A stretch of 64,000 nucleotides of DNA from the NCBI RefSeq assembly GCF_003018235.1, contig NZ_CP027437.1; one strand, written 5' to 3'. Shown here one piece after another: positions 24,233 through 35,000 of the stretch (within the stretch, counting starts at the first letter, position 1; every line of letters starts with the position of its first letter). This DNA comes from Escherichia coli. Its GTDB lineage: Bacteria > Pseudomonadota > Gammaproteobacteria > Enterobacterales > Enterobacteriaceae. The position numbers and the translations under genes were made by a program. The notes under the pieces are model-generated. The model ran no database searches. It was not told the DNA's origin and worked only from the letters and a program-made list of their open reading frames with translations.

Positions 24233-25913
24233 CCCAGGCACGAGTCTTTGTCATCATTACCTGTGGTTCCAGTGTCAATTGCCCATCAACAAAACTGACA
24301 AAGCCAGAAACCAGACACACGGGGTCGTCTGTTTGTTGCAAAAGCGCCGCCATGCGTTCAACGGCATAAGGCGCGCTGGCTGAGGCTGGCAGTGATAACG
24401 TCAGCAGATTATCTTCACCTTCGCCGCTGATTACCTGCGCATCCAGCGTCTGGCGGCTGCTATCCCAACCGAGCGAAATACACTCAGCGACCGGCAGAAT
24501 AAATAAGTTATCGACCTGATTAAGAGGCCGTATGCAGGCGGGGGGGCGCTGGTGTAAATATTCCCGCAAAGCCACAATGCCCGGCTGGCGTAACGGCGCG
24601 CTCAACATTTGCCAGGCAACAGGCGACAGCGGCACAACGCTGCTTAATCGGTTGCGGGTAGCTAACAGCAGCTCGCCATCGGCACTGCGTTTTGCTGCTT
24701 GTGAAATAATTTGCCCGCCCGCCAGTGCGCCAGCCTGAAAACTAAACAGCCGACGCGTAGCTGCCGGTGAGTTTTCCTGTTCACTTCGCGGCCAACTGCG
24801 CGAAAGGTGCAAAATACTGCCGGTGTCGGGATCGGTAAACCAGATGCGTAAACCATAATGCTCAATATCCTGCCAGCAACGCATACCTAAAGACACCAGC
24901 CGCAGATGATCAAGCTTTGCTTCTCCGGCAATGCCAGAGCCAACGACCGTGCGCCACGGCACAGGAGGAACTTCACCAACACTGTCGCGCCGGGCCATCT
25001 CTTGTGCGCAATTTAATCGACTGTTTAATGCCGCAAGCTGACGTAAGCATTCTCCGGTATGATAGTGGCTGGCGCGGGCGTGGAAGGCATCAACGCTGGC
25101 GCGCAGTTGCCGTAGCGATTCACTCACCCATCGCCAGTTGCAGCGTTCCGCTGCTTGCTGCGCGCGGCTGAAAGCGGCCTCGTAGTGAATAAGCGGCTGG
25201 CTGATGCCGCCCAGCCATAATGCCTGGCTTAGTTGCTGAACATATTGACGACACGTTTTGCCTTCTTCGCTGGCAAACGGATCGTCAGATGATGTGACGT
25301 GTTCGCTGCGCATCTGCCAGATTAAATGAGTCAATTCCGCTTGCTGCGCTTTTGCCTGGACAAAGGCCTGTACTGCCAGTACGACATGTTCGCAAAGTGT
25401 GCCTTCAATACAATCACAACGGGCGAAACGAATGCTGCTACGGGAATAAAAACGCACATCGCTCATCGGTAAGCGGGCAGAGGGAATTTCGCCCGGCGTA
25501 CAGAACAACTCAATGGTGATGCCTTTAGCGACCAGCGCCTGTGCGCGTTTGCGGGTGGTATCGGGCAGGGTAGCCAGTTCTTCCAGCCAGATTGCCGGAT
25601 CCCACTCTTCTTCTTTTTCCGTGGGCTGGACGGTGGCACAAAGTCGTTGATAACTTAACACCAGCATCACGCGATGACGGCACATGCCGCTGGCCCCGCA
25701 GGTGCACTGAGCCTCTTTCAGTGCCTGGCCGTTCGCCAGCTGGGTACGGACACCGTCACTGAAGGTGGCGATTAAAGCGCCGTTCTCATGGCTGATTTCC
25801 GGGACGTTGCCATTTTCCAGTTCCTTAAGGCTGCGCTTAACAAAACCGGCATTGCTTAACGCCGTCAGGGCCTGCGGTGTCAGTTCTAATAATTCCGGAC
25901 GTAGTGAATTCAT
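24233..25913 (-). pseudogene. yehQ: yehQ 5' portion (SWIM zinc-finger protein), truncated by the IS100-like insertion
   Basis: ORF 24213..25937; start ATG complement 25911-25913 overlaps the yehP stop (ATGA); SWIM-type Cys/His motifs CTCGASGMCRHRV and CDCIEGTLCEHV; the last six codons plus stop derive from the IS end. Confidence 0.8.
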
Positions 25914-27046
25914 GACTGAAGATTCTCCGCAAGCCATGATGCCAGTTCGCCCGGTGTCATGGCGGCTATTTGTGCGCCGACATTAACCAGCGCCTGGGCC
26001 GTATCGCGGTCATAGCAAGGCGTTGCTGTGCTATCGAGCGCTGCCAGTCCCAGCACTTTGATGCCGCTCTGGACACACTTTTTCACCTGATGCGTCAGCA
26101 ATGATGATGAACCTCCTTCATAAAAATCGCTCACGAGGATAATGACGCTTTTTGCTGGTTGTTCAATAAGTTGCCGACCATACTCCACGGCACTGGCGAT
26201 ATTGGTCCCGCCGCCCAACTGTACTTTCATTAATAACTCTACCGGATCGGCAACGTCTGCCGTGAGATCAACGACGCTTGTGTCAAACGCCACCAGATGG
26301 GTACGAATGCCGGGTAACTGCCACAAACAGGCCGCCATCACCGCAGAGTGGATCACCGAATCGACCATCGAGTCGCTTTGATCAACCAGTAAGACCAGTT
26401 GCCATTGTTCGCTTTGGCGTTTAATGCGGCTGTTAAAGCGGGGGGATTCGATATACAACTTGCCGTGTTGCGGGTGCCAGTGTTGCAGGTTGGCGCGCAG
26501 AGTACTTTTGAAATCAAAGTTTCGCGCCAGTGGAATAAATGAGCGGCGACGGCGATCGCGGACACCAGAAAAAGCCTGACGAACTTCCTTTGCCAGTCGA
26601 GCCATAATTTCTTCAACAACCTGGCGCACTATCCGGCGGGCGGCAGCCAGTACTTCGGGATTCATCAGATGTTTGGTGTGCAAAACGGCGCGTAGCAGGC
26701 TTTCAGAAGGCTGCATACGTTCCAGCACGTCGAGATTCGTCACCACATCTTCAATGCCATAGCGCAGTACGGCATCGCTTTCCAGCCGCTCAATCACCTG
26801 TTGCGGAAACAGCGTGTGAATACTGTTGATCCACTCAGGAGTGGTGAGATTTGAGCCACCTAATCCACCAGAGCGTTCACCACGCTGGAGCCGTTCAGGA
26901 TCGCGCCCATACAGCCACTCCAGCGCGTGGTCTATCTGCCGGGCGTTGTCATCCAGCCCACAAAGCGTCGTTTCTGCCGCTTCGCCAAGAATTAATCGCC
27001 AGCGTTGTAGCTCACGGGTGGTCAGAAGATCGTTCAGTTCAGACAT
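25910..27046 (-). CDS. yehP: von Willebrand factor A (VWA) domain protein
   Basis: ORF 25910..27274; start at MSELNDLLTTRELQRW, 378 aa; MIDAS-like motif LLVDQSDSM (DxSxS). Confidence 0.88.
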   Translation of the reverse strand: MSELNDLLTTRELQRWRLILGEAAETTLCGLDDNARQIDHALEWLYGRDPERLQRGERSGGLGGSNLTTPEWINSIHTLFPQQVIERLESDAVLRYGIEDVVTNLDVLERMQPSESLLRAVLHTKHLMNPEVLAAARRIVRQVVEEIMARLAKEVRQAFSGVRDRRRRSFIPLARNFDFKSTLRANLQHWHPQHGKLYIESPRFNSRIKRQSEQWQLVLLVDQSDSMVDSVIHSAVMAACLWQLPGIRTHLVAFDTSVVDLTADVADPVELLMKVQLGGGTNIASAVEYGRQLIEQPAKSVIILVSDFYEGGSSSLLTHQVKKCVQSGIKVLGLAALDSTATPCYDRDTAQALVNVGAQIAAMTPGELASWLAENLQS

Positions 27047-29318
27047 GGAAAACTCCCCAGTGTTGCAGCGATGCCAGTGCCTGCTGTTCGAGTTGTTGAT
27101 GATGTGCAATGGCTTGCGGAGGACAATGCAACGGCATTTGCAGCGCTGAAACAGGAAGCTGCGCAAGCTGGTAATGCTCAAGCACCTGATGCGCCAGTGT
27201 CCCGCGTTCTCGTGGCGGTAGCCAGGCCATCGCCGCGCGCAAATCGGGCAGGGCGTTAATAAAATCGTCGTCACTCAGTTGATTTAAATGACTACTGAAA
27301 CCGGCGATAAATGCTGGTTGGCAGGCCAGTTGATGACGGGCGAGCGCCAGCAAACCGTGCAGCGCCTCGCCGGATTGTGCCGGGGATAACTGCGCCAGCA
27401 TCGTCAGCGCCGCTTCGGCACTGGCGTTGGGATGTTCCAGACGCATCAGTGCGCCAAGAGCCGCGCCGCGATCCAGCGCCGGGACATGAATCGCCTGACT
27501 GCGTCGCTCCAGTAAGGCTACCGCCGCAGAAAGCGAAACGCCGGGTAAATTAACGCCGCTATGTAGATCGCGCAGGATATGGCAAAGCGCCTGCCAGCTA
27601 TGCAGGTGAGTGTGAAACTCCTTTTCATCTGGTCTGCCGTTAGATTCACACAGCCACAGCGTGCGATCGATAGCCGCGCATAACGTCGTTTGTAATATCT
27701 GCGCGCTTTGCATACCGCTAATTTCATCCAGCCGCCATAAGGCATATAGCACTTCCAGCGCCTGGCCCATTTCGGCAAATTGATTTTCCTGGGCGATTAA
27801 TAATGTGAGTTGCTCCAGTAATTGTTGACTGAAGGACGCCAGACCCGCTAACGCCGCCTGGCTTAGACATGCGGTAATGCTGCCGATTCCACCCGCGTCC
27901 AGCATATCGGCTTCTAATTTATTGCGTGCGGCTTCCTGGAGCGTGGCACCAAAGCAGGCGGCCTCAATTAATGCCGCATGCTGGCTAAGCGGGCGGGTTA
28001 ATTTCCAGCGTTCTTCACCGTTGCCTGCAAGTGTCAGTGTGCTTCCCTGCTGGCGTACAATCCCTGGGATCTCCAGTATTGCCAGCCGATGTAACACCTG
28101 ACTTTGCGCTAGTCCATTGGGGTTAAAGCGATTTAAGGTAAGCTCCGCCGGAAGGGAGATTGCGGTACGTTCCAGTTCGCAGGTGACATCTTTTGGCAGA
28201 GGCGGTTGTGGCGTAGAAGGGGCAAGTTTACCGAATCCGTCACCCGCTAATGTGTCTATCAACGTTAGCAGAATCGGATCGGTATCGGGATGAATAATGC
28301 CGCGATAGCTCCATGGCAACGGCGCATTCAGGGCTTCTTTAATCAGCGAGCCTGCTAAGGCATCCAGCCAGTCAGTGCGTAACGGCAGTGTATGACCGCG
28401 CAACTGTGCCAGCGCCATCGCATGCAGATGAGCGGCAGCCATATCCGCGGTCGAAGCAGGCAAGTGGTGTTGGCGCAAACGGGTAAGAACCGTTTTTAGC
28501 AGTTGTTCTCCCGCCTGCTGTAAGCCCCACTGCCAGCACCAGCTTTGCCAGACCGGGGCAGGCATTCCGGAAAGGTATCCTGCCAGCACATCAAGGCGCT
28601 TTTCACTGTAGGGTGTGAGATAACAACCTGTAACGGCATCTGCCAGCGACGGCAATTCTGGCGTGTTAATTTCCTGCGGACATTCGCGCCACATTTTTGC
28701 CAGTGCCGGAGCGTGCCAGCCACCGCAGACAACTAACACGTCGCCATTATTTTGCTGCACCGCCCATGCAATCCAGCGAGCCATAAAGGCTTCGCGCTGA
28801 CGATTGAGTGCATCGCCGGGGAAATCGCCCCGCAGTTGGGCAAAATAGTGTGCCAGTGCAGAGGGTAATGCAGTTTGCTGGCTTTCATCTTCGAACAAGT
28901 GATCCCACAGGGTATCGCTGTTATCCATGCGGGCGGCACGCAGCAGCAAGGTCTGGCTTTCCTCTTGCGTATCAGGCGAATCGTCCTCTTCTTCACTCTG
29001 TGCCCAGCAAGGCAAATCGATGAAGTAAGTTTGTGCCTGAATACGACGAGCGGCTTGTAGCGCCTGCCACTCCGGCGAAAATTCAGCAAATGGCGTCCAG
29101 GCACCACGCCCGGGGGCTGCACCGTCCTGATACTGGCAATAACTGTAAATAGCTACCGGAAGCTGGTGGGCTAAAAACAGTTCGTCTACCCGGTCATTAA
29201 AATCAGCCGGGCCTTCAATCAACACGTATCGTGGCCGCTGGCTTTCGATTAACGATTTCACCAGCCGGGCGCAGGCCGGGCTATGATGCCGGATGCCGAC
29301 AATTAACGGCTCGCTCAT
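27039..29318 (-). CDS. yehM: Large uncharacterised protein of the yehLMPQ cluster
   Basis: ORF 27039..29486; start at MSEPLIVGIRHHSPACARLV, 759 aa; overlaps the yehP start by 8 nt. Confidence 0.85.
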   Translation of the reverse strand: MSEPLIVGIRHHSPACARLVKSLIESQRPRYVLIEGPADFNDRVDELFLAHQLPVAIYSYCQYQDGAAPGRGAWTPFAEFSPEWQALQAARRIQAQTYFIDLPCWAQSEEEDDSPDTQEESQTLLLRAARMDNSDTLWDHLFEDESQQTALPSALAHYFAQLRGDFPGDALNRQREAFMARWIAWAVQQNNGDVLVVCGGWHAPALAKMWRECPQEINTPELPSLADAVTGCYLTPYSEKRLDVLAGYLSGMPAPVWQSWCWQWGLQQAGEQLLKTVLTRLRQHHLPASTADMAAAHLHAMALAQLRGHTLPLRTDWLDALAGSLIKEALNAPLPWSYRGIIHPDTDPILLTLIDTLAGDGFGKLAPSTPQPPLPKDVTCELERTAISLPAELTLNRFNPNGLAQSQVLHRLAILEIPGIVRQQGSTLTLAGNGEERWKLTRPLSQHAALIEAACFGATLQEAARNKLEADMLDAGGIGSITACLSQAALAGLASFSQQLLEQLTLLIAQENQFAEMGQALEVLYALWRLDEISGMQSAQILQTTLCAAIDRTLWLCESNGRPDEKEFHTHLHSWQALCHILRDLHSGVNLPGVSLSAAVALLERRSQAIHVPALDRGAALGALMRLEHPNASAEAALTMLAQLSPAQSGEALHGLLALARHQLACQPAFIAGFSSHLNQLSDDDFINALPDLRAAMAWLPPRERGTLAHQVLEHYQLAQLPVSALQMPLHCPPQAIAHHQQLEQQALASLQHWGVFHV

Positions 29319-29328
29319 GCATCTTTCC

Positions 29329-30417
29329 TCACGGCAGGCGGTGGCGGGCTTGATAATAAGCCTGCCAGTGAGCTTCTTTATGTGTGGCGACTCGCTGTTC
29401 GAAGTAACGGCGCAGACGAGCGCGATCTTCTTCGTTATCTTTGACGATGGTTCCGGCAATACAGTCCACCAGATCGGCTGGCTCACCTGCGCGATTCGCT
29501 AAAAACCAGGCGCGGACGCCCACAGCGTGGGCCACGTTCACGGCTTCAGCGGTGGACATAATCGCTGTTAGTGTATCCATTGACGTTTTCTTTTCGCCGT
29601 TGGCACGCAGATCGCGGAAGGTGCGGACCAGTAACTCCAGTACCGCGTCAGGCACTTTATGCGGAATACCGCTATGGGCCAGCAAACGCGCCGAAGCACT
29701 GGCGACAAGCTCCAGCTCCTGGGCGAAATCCATAATCGGAAAGACAGTTTCAAAATCGAAGCGACGCTTTAGCGCGGCACTCATCTCATTGACGCCACGA
29801 TCGCGCGTATTGGCAGTGGCAATAATATTAAAGCCTTCTCGCGCATAGAGCTGACTGGCTTCACCAGTGAGTTCCGGCACCGTCATCACCCTGTCAGAAA
29901 GCATACCTAACAGACAGTCTTGCACTTCCAGCGGTGTACGCGTTATCTCTTCAAAACGGACGATTTTGCCGTCGCGCATTCCCTGGTAAAGCGGGGCAGG
30001 GACCAGCGCTTCCGTTGATGGACCATGATTGATAAGCAGGGCGTAGTTCCAGCCGTACTTGATTTGATCTTCGGTAGTAGATGCGCCGCCCTGGATGGTT
30101 AACCCGGCATCGCCGCTAATAGCGGTTGCCAGTAATTCAGACAGGAGAGATTTTGCGGTGCCAGGTTCCCCCACCAACATCAAACCGCGTCCGGTGGCAA
30201 GAGTGACTAACATACGTTCGACAGCGGAGGGACTAATCACCACTTTACGGCTAATATTTTGCGCGCTATCGCCAAGGATAAAAGCACGGGCCGCAGGCAA
30301 ACTTAACTGCCAACCGGGCGGGCAAGGTGCGTTATCATTTTGTTTTAATTTTGCCAGTTCATCGGCGTATAACACAGCAGCAGGCGGACGCTGCAGATGA
30401 TTATTCTGCGGTGACAT
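29329..30417 (-). CDS. yehL: MoxR-type AAA+ ATPase
   Basis: ORF 29329..30483; start at MSPQNNHLQRPP, 362 aa; Walker A GEPGTAKS, Walker B-like region. Confidence 0.88.
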   Translation of the reverse strand: MSPQNNHLQRPPAAVLYADELAKLKQNDNAPCPPGWQLSLPAARAFILGDSAQNISRKVVISPSAVERMLVTLATGRGLMLVGEPGTAKSLLSELLATAISGDAGLTIQGGASTTEDQIKYGWNYALLINHGPSTEALVPAPLYQGMRDGKIVRFEEITRTPLEVQDCLLGMLSDRVMTVPELTGEASQLYAREGFNIIATANTRDRGVNEMSAALKRRFDFETVFPIMDFAQELELVASASARLLAHSGIPHKVPDAVLELLVRTFRDLRANGEKKTSMDTLTAIMSTAEAVNVAHAVGVRAWFLANRAGEPADLVDCIAGTIVKDNEEDRARLRRYFEQRVATHKEAHWQAYYQARHRLP

Positions 30418-30528
30418 ATATTCATCCCTGAAATGTATTAATGAAATAAACGATATTTTACGCGCAATAAATGTTTGGCGCATTAGTTGTTTGAGCGAAA
30501 AATATCTGGAAAGCAGATCACAGTAAAT

Positions 30529-30625
30529 AAAAAAACCTGCTGGTGAGGCAGGTTCTTTTATTTACTATTTTCAGGCCTAACACCACAGCCTGTGCAACAT
30601 CGTGTTCCAACGAACGAATTATAAC
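30529..30625 (-). ncRNA. orzO: Candidate Orz-like antitoxin sRNA (copy 1), ending in hairpin acctgcctcaccagcaggt + U7
   Basis: Minus-strand intrinsic terminator at 30529-30552; body contains about 20 nt (complement of gcaacatcgtgttccaacgaacg) able to pair with the leader of the adjacent toxin mRNA (30757-30782). 5' end not determined. Confidence 0.5.
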
Positions 30626-30849
30626 CACGGCTGGACCCCGTTGCAATTAAGATAATGAGATTTATAATCCAGACCGTTGGGACGTTGCGCCGGATCGAAC
30701 CTATTTCAAGTCCTGGCTACCGGACGGGTGGTGCTGCAGGTGGTGCCCTGATCCGGGGTGCAACATCGTGGTCCAACATACGTAAACCAGTATCGACAGG
30801 CAGTGTAAGGGTAAGGTGCTGGTGTTGCGCTCCTTAATAAGAAGAGCGG

Positions 30850-30939
30850 ATGGACACGCTGACACAAAAGTTAACCGTGCTCATTGCTGTACTGGAGCTA
30901 TTAGTGGCTCTGTTACGGTTGATTGATTTGTTGAAGTAA
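30850..30939 (+). CDS. zorO: Type I toxin, Zor family: 29-aa hydrophobic peptide MDTLTQKLTVLIAVLELLVALLRLIDLLK
   Basis: Hand-translated; SD-like AAGAG upstream; followed by terminator hairpin; sequence matches my memory of ZorO from E. coli O157:H7. Assignment of O versus P to a given copy is arbitrary. Confidence 0.75.
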   Translation: MDTLTQKLTVLIAVLELLVALLRLIDLLK

Positions 30940-30960
30940 CGGGCAAATTGAAACGCATCT

Positions 30961-30989
30961 AAGGGGGAAAACCGCTTCCCCCTTTAATA
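30961..30989 (+). terminator. Intrinsic terminator after the toxin gene (aagggggaaaaccgcttccccctt + T-rich)
   Basis: Seen in sequence. Confidence 0.55.
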
Positions 30990-31134
30990 AAATGATTACT
31001 GTTTTTATTAATTCATCATATAACTCATTTTTATTTATAAATTCATCGATTTTATATTCAACGCACCATTTGACCGGGATGTGAATATTTATGGTGGGCT
31101 ATTGGCAAAAAATATCTGGAAAGTAGATCGCAGA

Positions 31135-31230
31135 AAATAAAAAAACCTGCTGGTGAGGCAGGTTCTTTTATTTACTACAGTGACGCTAACTTGCTGATTG
31201 TGCAACATTTCGTACCAACGAATAAATTAT
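31135..31230 (-). ncRNA. orzP: Candidate Orz-like antitoxin sRNA (copy 2), same terminator as copy 1
   Basis: Terminator at 31135-31164; pairing segment (complement of gcaacatttcgtaccaacgaata) matches the leader of toxin copy 2 (31367-31391) but differs from copy 1. Confidence 0.5.
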
Positions 31231-31457
31231 AACCATATCCACACTCCATTGCAATTCAGTGAGTGAGATTTATAATCCTGCCCGTTGGGAGGTTGTGCCG
31301 GATCGGACCAATTTTAAGTCCTGGCTGCCGGACGGGTGGTGCCGCAGGCGGTGCCCTGATCCGGAGAGCAACGTTTCGTACCAACATACGTAAACCAGTA
31401 TCGACAGGCAGTGTAAGGGTAAGGTGCTGGTGTTGCGCTCCTTAATAAGGAGAGCGG

Positions 31458-31547
31458 ATGGACACGCTGACACAAAAGTTAACCGTGCTCATTGCCGTAC
31501 TGGAGTTATTAGTGGCTCTGTTACGGTTGATTGATTTGTTGAAGTAA
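31458..31547 (+). CDS. zorP: Type I toxin, Zor family (second copy; identical 29-aa peptide with synonymous changes)
   Basis: Hand-translated; differs from copy 1 only at synonymous positions (GCT/GCC, CTA/TTA). Confidence 0.75.
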   Translation: MDTLTQKLTVLIAVLELLVALLRLIDLLK

Positions 31548-31568
31548 CGGGCAAATTGAAACGCATCT

Positions 31569-31597
31569 AAGGGGGAAAAACGCTTCCCCCTTTAATA
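31569..31597 (+). terminator. Intrinsic terminator after toxin copy 2 (aagggggaaaaacgcttccccctt)
   Basis: Seen in sequence. Confidence 0.55.
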
Positions 31598-31656
31598 AAG
31601 CTATACTCGTCATACTTCAAGTTGCATGTGCTGCGACTTGAATTATCTAGAGTATA

Positions 31657-31974
31657 TTATTCTATTTCTTGGTTGAATATATTCTGTAGTTCACGATTAA
31701 AAATTGCTATTACAGTTTCAGGTGATTCACCTCGTAATTTCCGCTCATCAATACACTCATCTCTTATATAAATCAACGCATCATTTATTAGCGGGTCAGC
31801 ATCTTCTCGATCACGTTGATGAAATGTTGGATGTAGCCGGAATCGCTCCAGTCGATAGACGGAACCTGTAAATAATTCAGAGCATTTATGGATCTCAAGT
31901 CTGAAGGAAAACGGATCTTCAGGTACAGGGACCTCATAATCGTAAATAGCAACCAGCTCTTTTTGCACGATCAT
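31657..31974 (-). CDS. yehK: Uncharacterised small protein (105 aa), AT-rich gene
   Basis: ORF track; position between yehI and the zor/orz units. Confidence 0.8.
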   Translation of the reverse strand: MIVQKELVAIYDYEVPVPEDPFSFRLEIHKCSELFTGSVYRLERFRLHPTFHQRDREDADPLINDALIYIRDECIDERKLRGESPETVIAIFNRELQNIFNQEIE

Positions 31975-32034
31975 CGCTTTCCCCGCTGGTAAGTCGTGTT
32001 GATAACGGGCAGTTGCATCACTGCCCGCTGTGTT

Positions 32035-35000
32035 TTAATGGAAAATGACGTCAGGTGCGCTTAACGCCTCACTCAAATCAAACACATCAAGTTCGGCAAA
32101 AGTGACGGATTTATTGTCACGGTACACTCGAAGAGAACGGAAGCTCATTAGCGCTTTGCTATCAACATTGTAGTGGTTAAAACCGGGTGAAAACTTAAGG
32201 ACCAGCCGGTACTCACCCAGGTCATAGACAAATGCGTCCTCATAGCCTGACTCCCAGCCTTTGTATCGCATTCCCATAAGTTGCCCAACGGTAGCGGATT
32301 TACCTTCCCAGCGAGTCAGGCTGTTACTGGTTGACTCGTCAGGTGTGAGCAGCACCGTGCGGCGCGACAACTGGCGAAAAGGCGGCATAATTTCGTAATC
32401 GGCAAAAAGCTGTGCAAATTCACTGCGCATTTCTGCTGTCATTTCTAACGGGTGGGCAATGCCAATCAGAGCATCCGCAGGAAGGTCAATGGGCTCATCC
32501 TGCGCATTGCAGAACTCCCCCTCTGCGGCCACACGAAAGGCGTTGAGTAAACGACGCGGTTCATTTGCCGGATAAACCCCCCATATTAATCGCTGGGTAA
32601 CCAGGCGGGTAAAGGGATGATTAACAAACAGAGAATGAAAATCTGCCAGCGACCAGCGTCGGGTGGTACGTAGGGCAGCTTCAAGACGCGGGAGCAGGTT
32701 TTTGCTCACCTGAGTAGCATCTTTTTTTAGCCCTTTTAGTCGGGCCAGTGCCTCGGGCGCTTTTAGTTGATCGTCATCGGCACGCAACCGGGGAACGCTT
32801 TTCTGGCGAACGTTTTGTTGATCAAAGGTAACCGGGTTGAGGTTTTCATCGAAGCGAACGGTAAACTGCCGGGGACCAAAATCAAAAATCAACGCCTGCG
32901 GATCATCAAGACCCAGTGTTGGGACTAATCTGTCCGCTAACTCTTCCTGGCTTAGCCCGCGATTTTCTGCGACCACCTGAAGAAATTCCGCTGCGTTTTC
33001 ACGTAATGAAGAGGATTTCGCCCGTTGTGATACATGATGCAGCTGTATCAGCGCCATATCATTATTCATCAAGGTAAGTATATTCAGACCAATGACAGCA
33101 CGGGCAGATTTGCCTTCTTGTGGCCAGGCGAGGATCTGTGTCGTCAGATCCCGAGCCGTGCTTTCGTCACCAAAGAGACTTAACGCCAGAAATGCCCAGT
33201 TGTCTTTTGCGGGGGCACCAGCTTGTTGCCACGCAGTGAAGAGATCCCAGGCAAAAGCGGCCAGCGTTTGTGGCTGGCAAAACGTTTTCAGTTGTTCCAG
33301 ACCGCTATAAAAACGTCCGCCCTGGGTAAAGCGCAGCATTTCGCCGATAATTTCCAGAGCGTCATCGGTAACAGGCTGATTATTAGTGATAAGTCGCGGC
33401 CTGGACCACATTGCCGGATGCCAGAAATCAGGGGCTTTTGGAATGCGTGCCGGGTAAATGTCCATTGGACCCTGTTTAAGCAACTGCTCCAGGGCAGGCC
33501 ATACATCAGCGCGTTGCCAGCGGTTTGCCACGGTTTGCAGCAACTCGCCATGTCCCTGTTCGTACAGTAAACGCAGGGCAAGTAATGCGGCTTCGCTATT
33601 ATCGCTGGGTTTGGTAAAGACAAGAGGGATAAGTGCAGTAGCCGTATGTTCCGGCCATTGTAAAATCCACTGGCGAGCCAGATCACGCTGCACCGCGAAA
33701 CGTCGCCAGACGCGGGCAACGGGCAGGGCCAGTTCTGTTGCGCCAAAATTTAAAATTAACGGAAATGTTTCTTTTGGACGATGTAAAAAAGCCAACATCA
33801 GACCTGGTAGCGCATCCAACCCGAGGATACTGAGAAAATAGTCCTCACCCGCGAACAGATGTTTTTTCTCATTGATACGCAGCCAGAAGGTCAAAGCCAT
33901 CTCACGCGGCAACTGTGCCAATAAATACAGGTTCCAGACACTCTTTTCCGGACGATAACGTGAGTAGTTGTCATTTTCCCATATGTTAATTAACGCTTCT
34001 TCGTGACCGCTGCGAAGCGCCTGTTCTGCTAATTGTGCTTCCGGGGAGTTCCAGCCATTCAGGATCTCTTCAACCCGTCCCTGGTAGTAATGCCACTGAA
34101 CAATGAGTGAATTGCGTGCAGCATCCAGTTTTCCGGGGAGTATATAATTCAGAAACAGCCATACATCATCCCCAAAACCCAGTTCCTGTAATACAACTCG
34201 TCCACTTTTTTGTTCCATGCGTTCCGCAAGAGATTCCGTGCTGAAATAACGGGCAGACTCAGTGGCGGCAAGCCTCTCTTGTTCGCCTGGTTGCCAGTAA
34301 ACTTGCGGGGTTAATTCGAGCGGTGCCAAATCAAGACGTGGAGCTGTCATTTTTTTCTTACTACGCCACGGTGGTGAAACGAGGATTTCAGGCAGATTGC
34401 TGTTATCGGTGCCATCAATAACCGGTTTGGGCGGTGCCAATAAATAACTATTCAGTACTGCCCGGGCTTGAGTACTTAACCACTGCATCACCTCTTCTGC
34501 CAGTTGTGTCTGCGATGCCATCAGCGTTTGTAACAACGTACGCCAGTATTCATCTCGAGCTTTTTGCTGGGCAGGCAGCTTTTTGTCTTCGATGATTGGA
34601 TAACCAGGGCGGGCTGGTGGTTCTTTTAACGCCAGCAGTTCTGCCAGTGCCGCGAGCGTCGCGTGGGGGAAGTTTTTACTGTATTTAGCCACACGTTGCA
34701 GGCTGGGTTTGTTTTTATCAGCAACTAACAGCAAGGTGCGGATGACTTGCGGATGGTTAATTTGTACCAGCAGACTGCCGCAATCTTCTTTATGGGCATA
34801 TATCGCGAGGCGCGGAACGACTGCCAGTCCTTGTTCGCGCAAAAGGGCAGCGCAGGCCGCGTAGCCGAAGTGGTTTTCATGCGACATGTAGCTGGCTTCT
34901 CGATCGCTAAATATATCCTGGCTCCAGTAGCGTTCGAGTTTTCTCACCGCTTTGGGGTCAGTAGCAACAACTTTTAACCACTCCTTAGAATGAAAATGAG

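Larger units (their letters stand above)
30495..31597. repeat. Tandem duplication: two near-identical ~500-bp units (about 30495-30990 and 31100-31597) with ~610-bp period, each a zor/orz-like toxin-antitoxin module
   Basis: Direct visual alignment of the two units; the 60-aa ORFs 30655..30837 and 31263..31445 are the same artefact seen twice. Confidence 0.9.

Noticed and set aside
30655-30837. 60-aa ORF (and its twin at 31263..31445) inside the duplicated units
   Set aside because: It lies within the long leader of the toxin mRNA, has no convincing RBS, and recurs only because the DNA is duplicated; the real coding sequence in each unit is the 29-aa toxin downstream.
33092-33841. Plus-strand ORFs inside yehI (33092..33310, 33223..33570, 33458..33841)
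   Set aside because: Opposite-strand shadow ORFs within a 1210-codon gene; no support.
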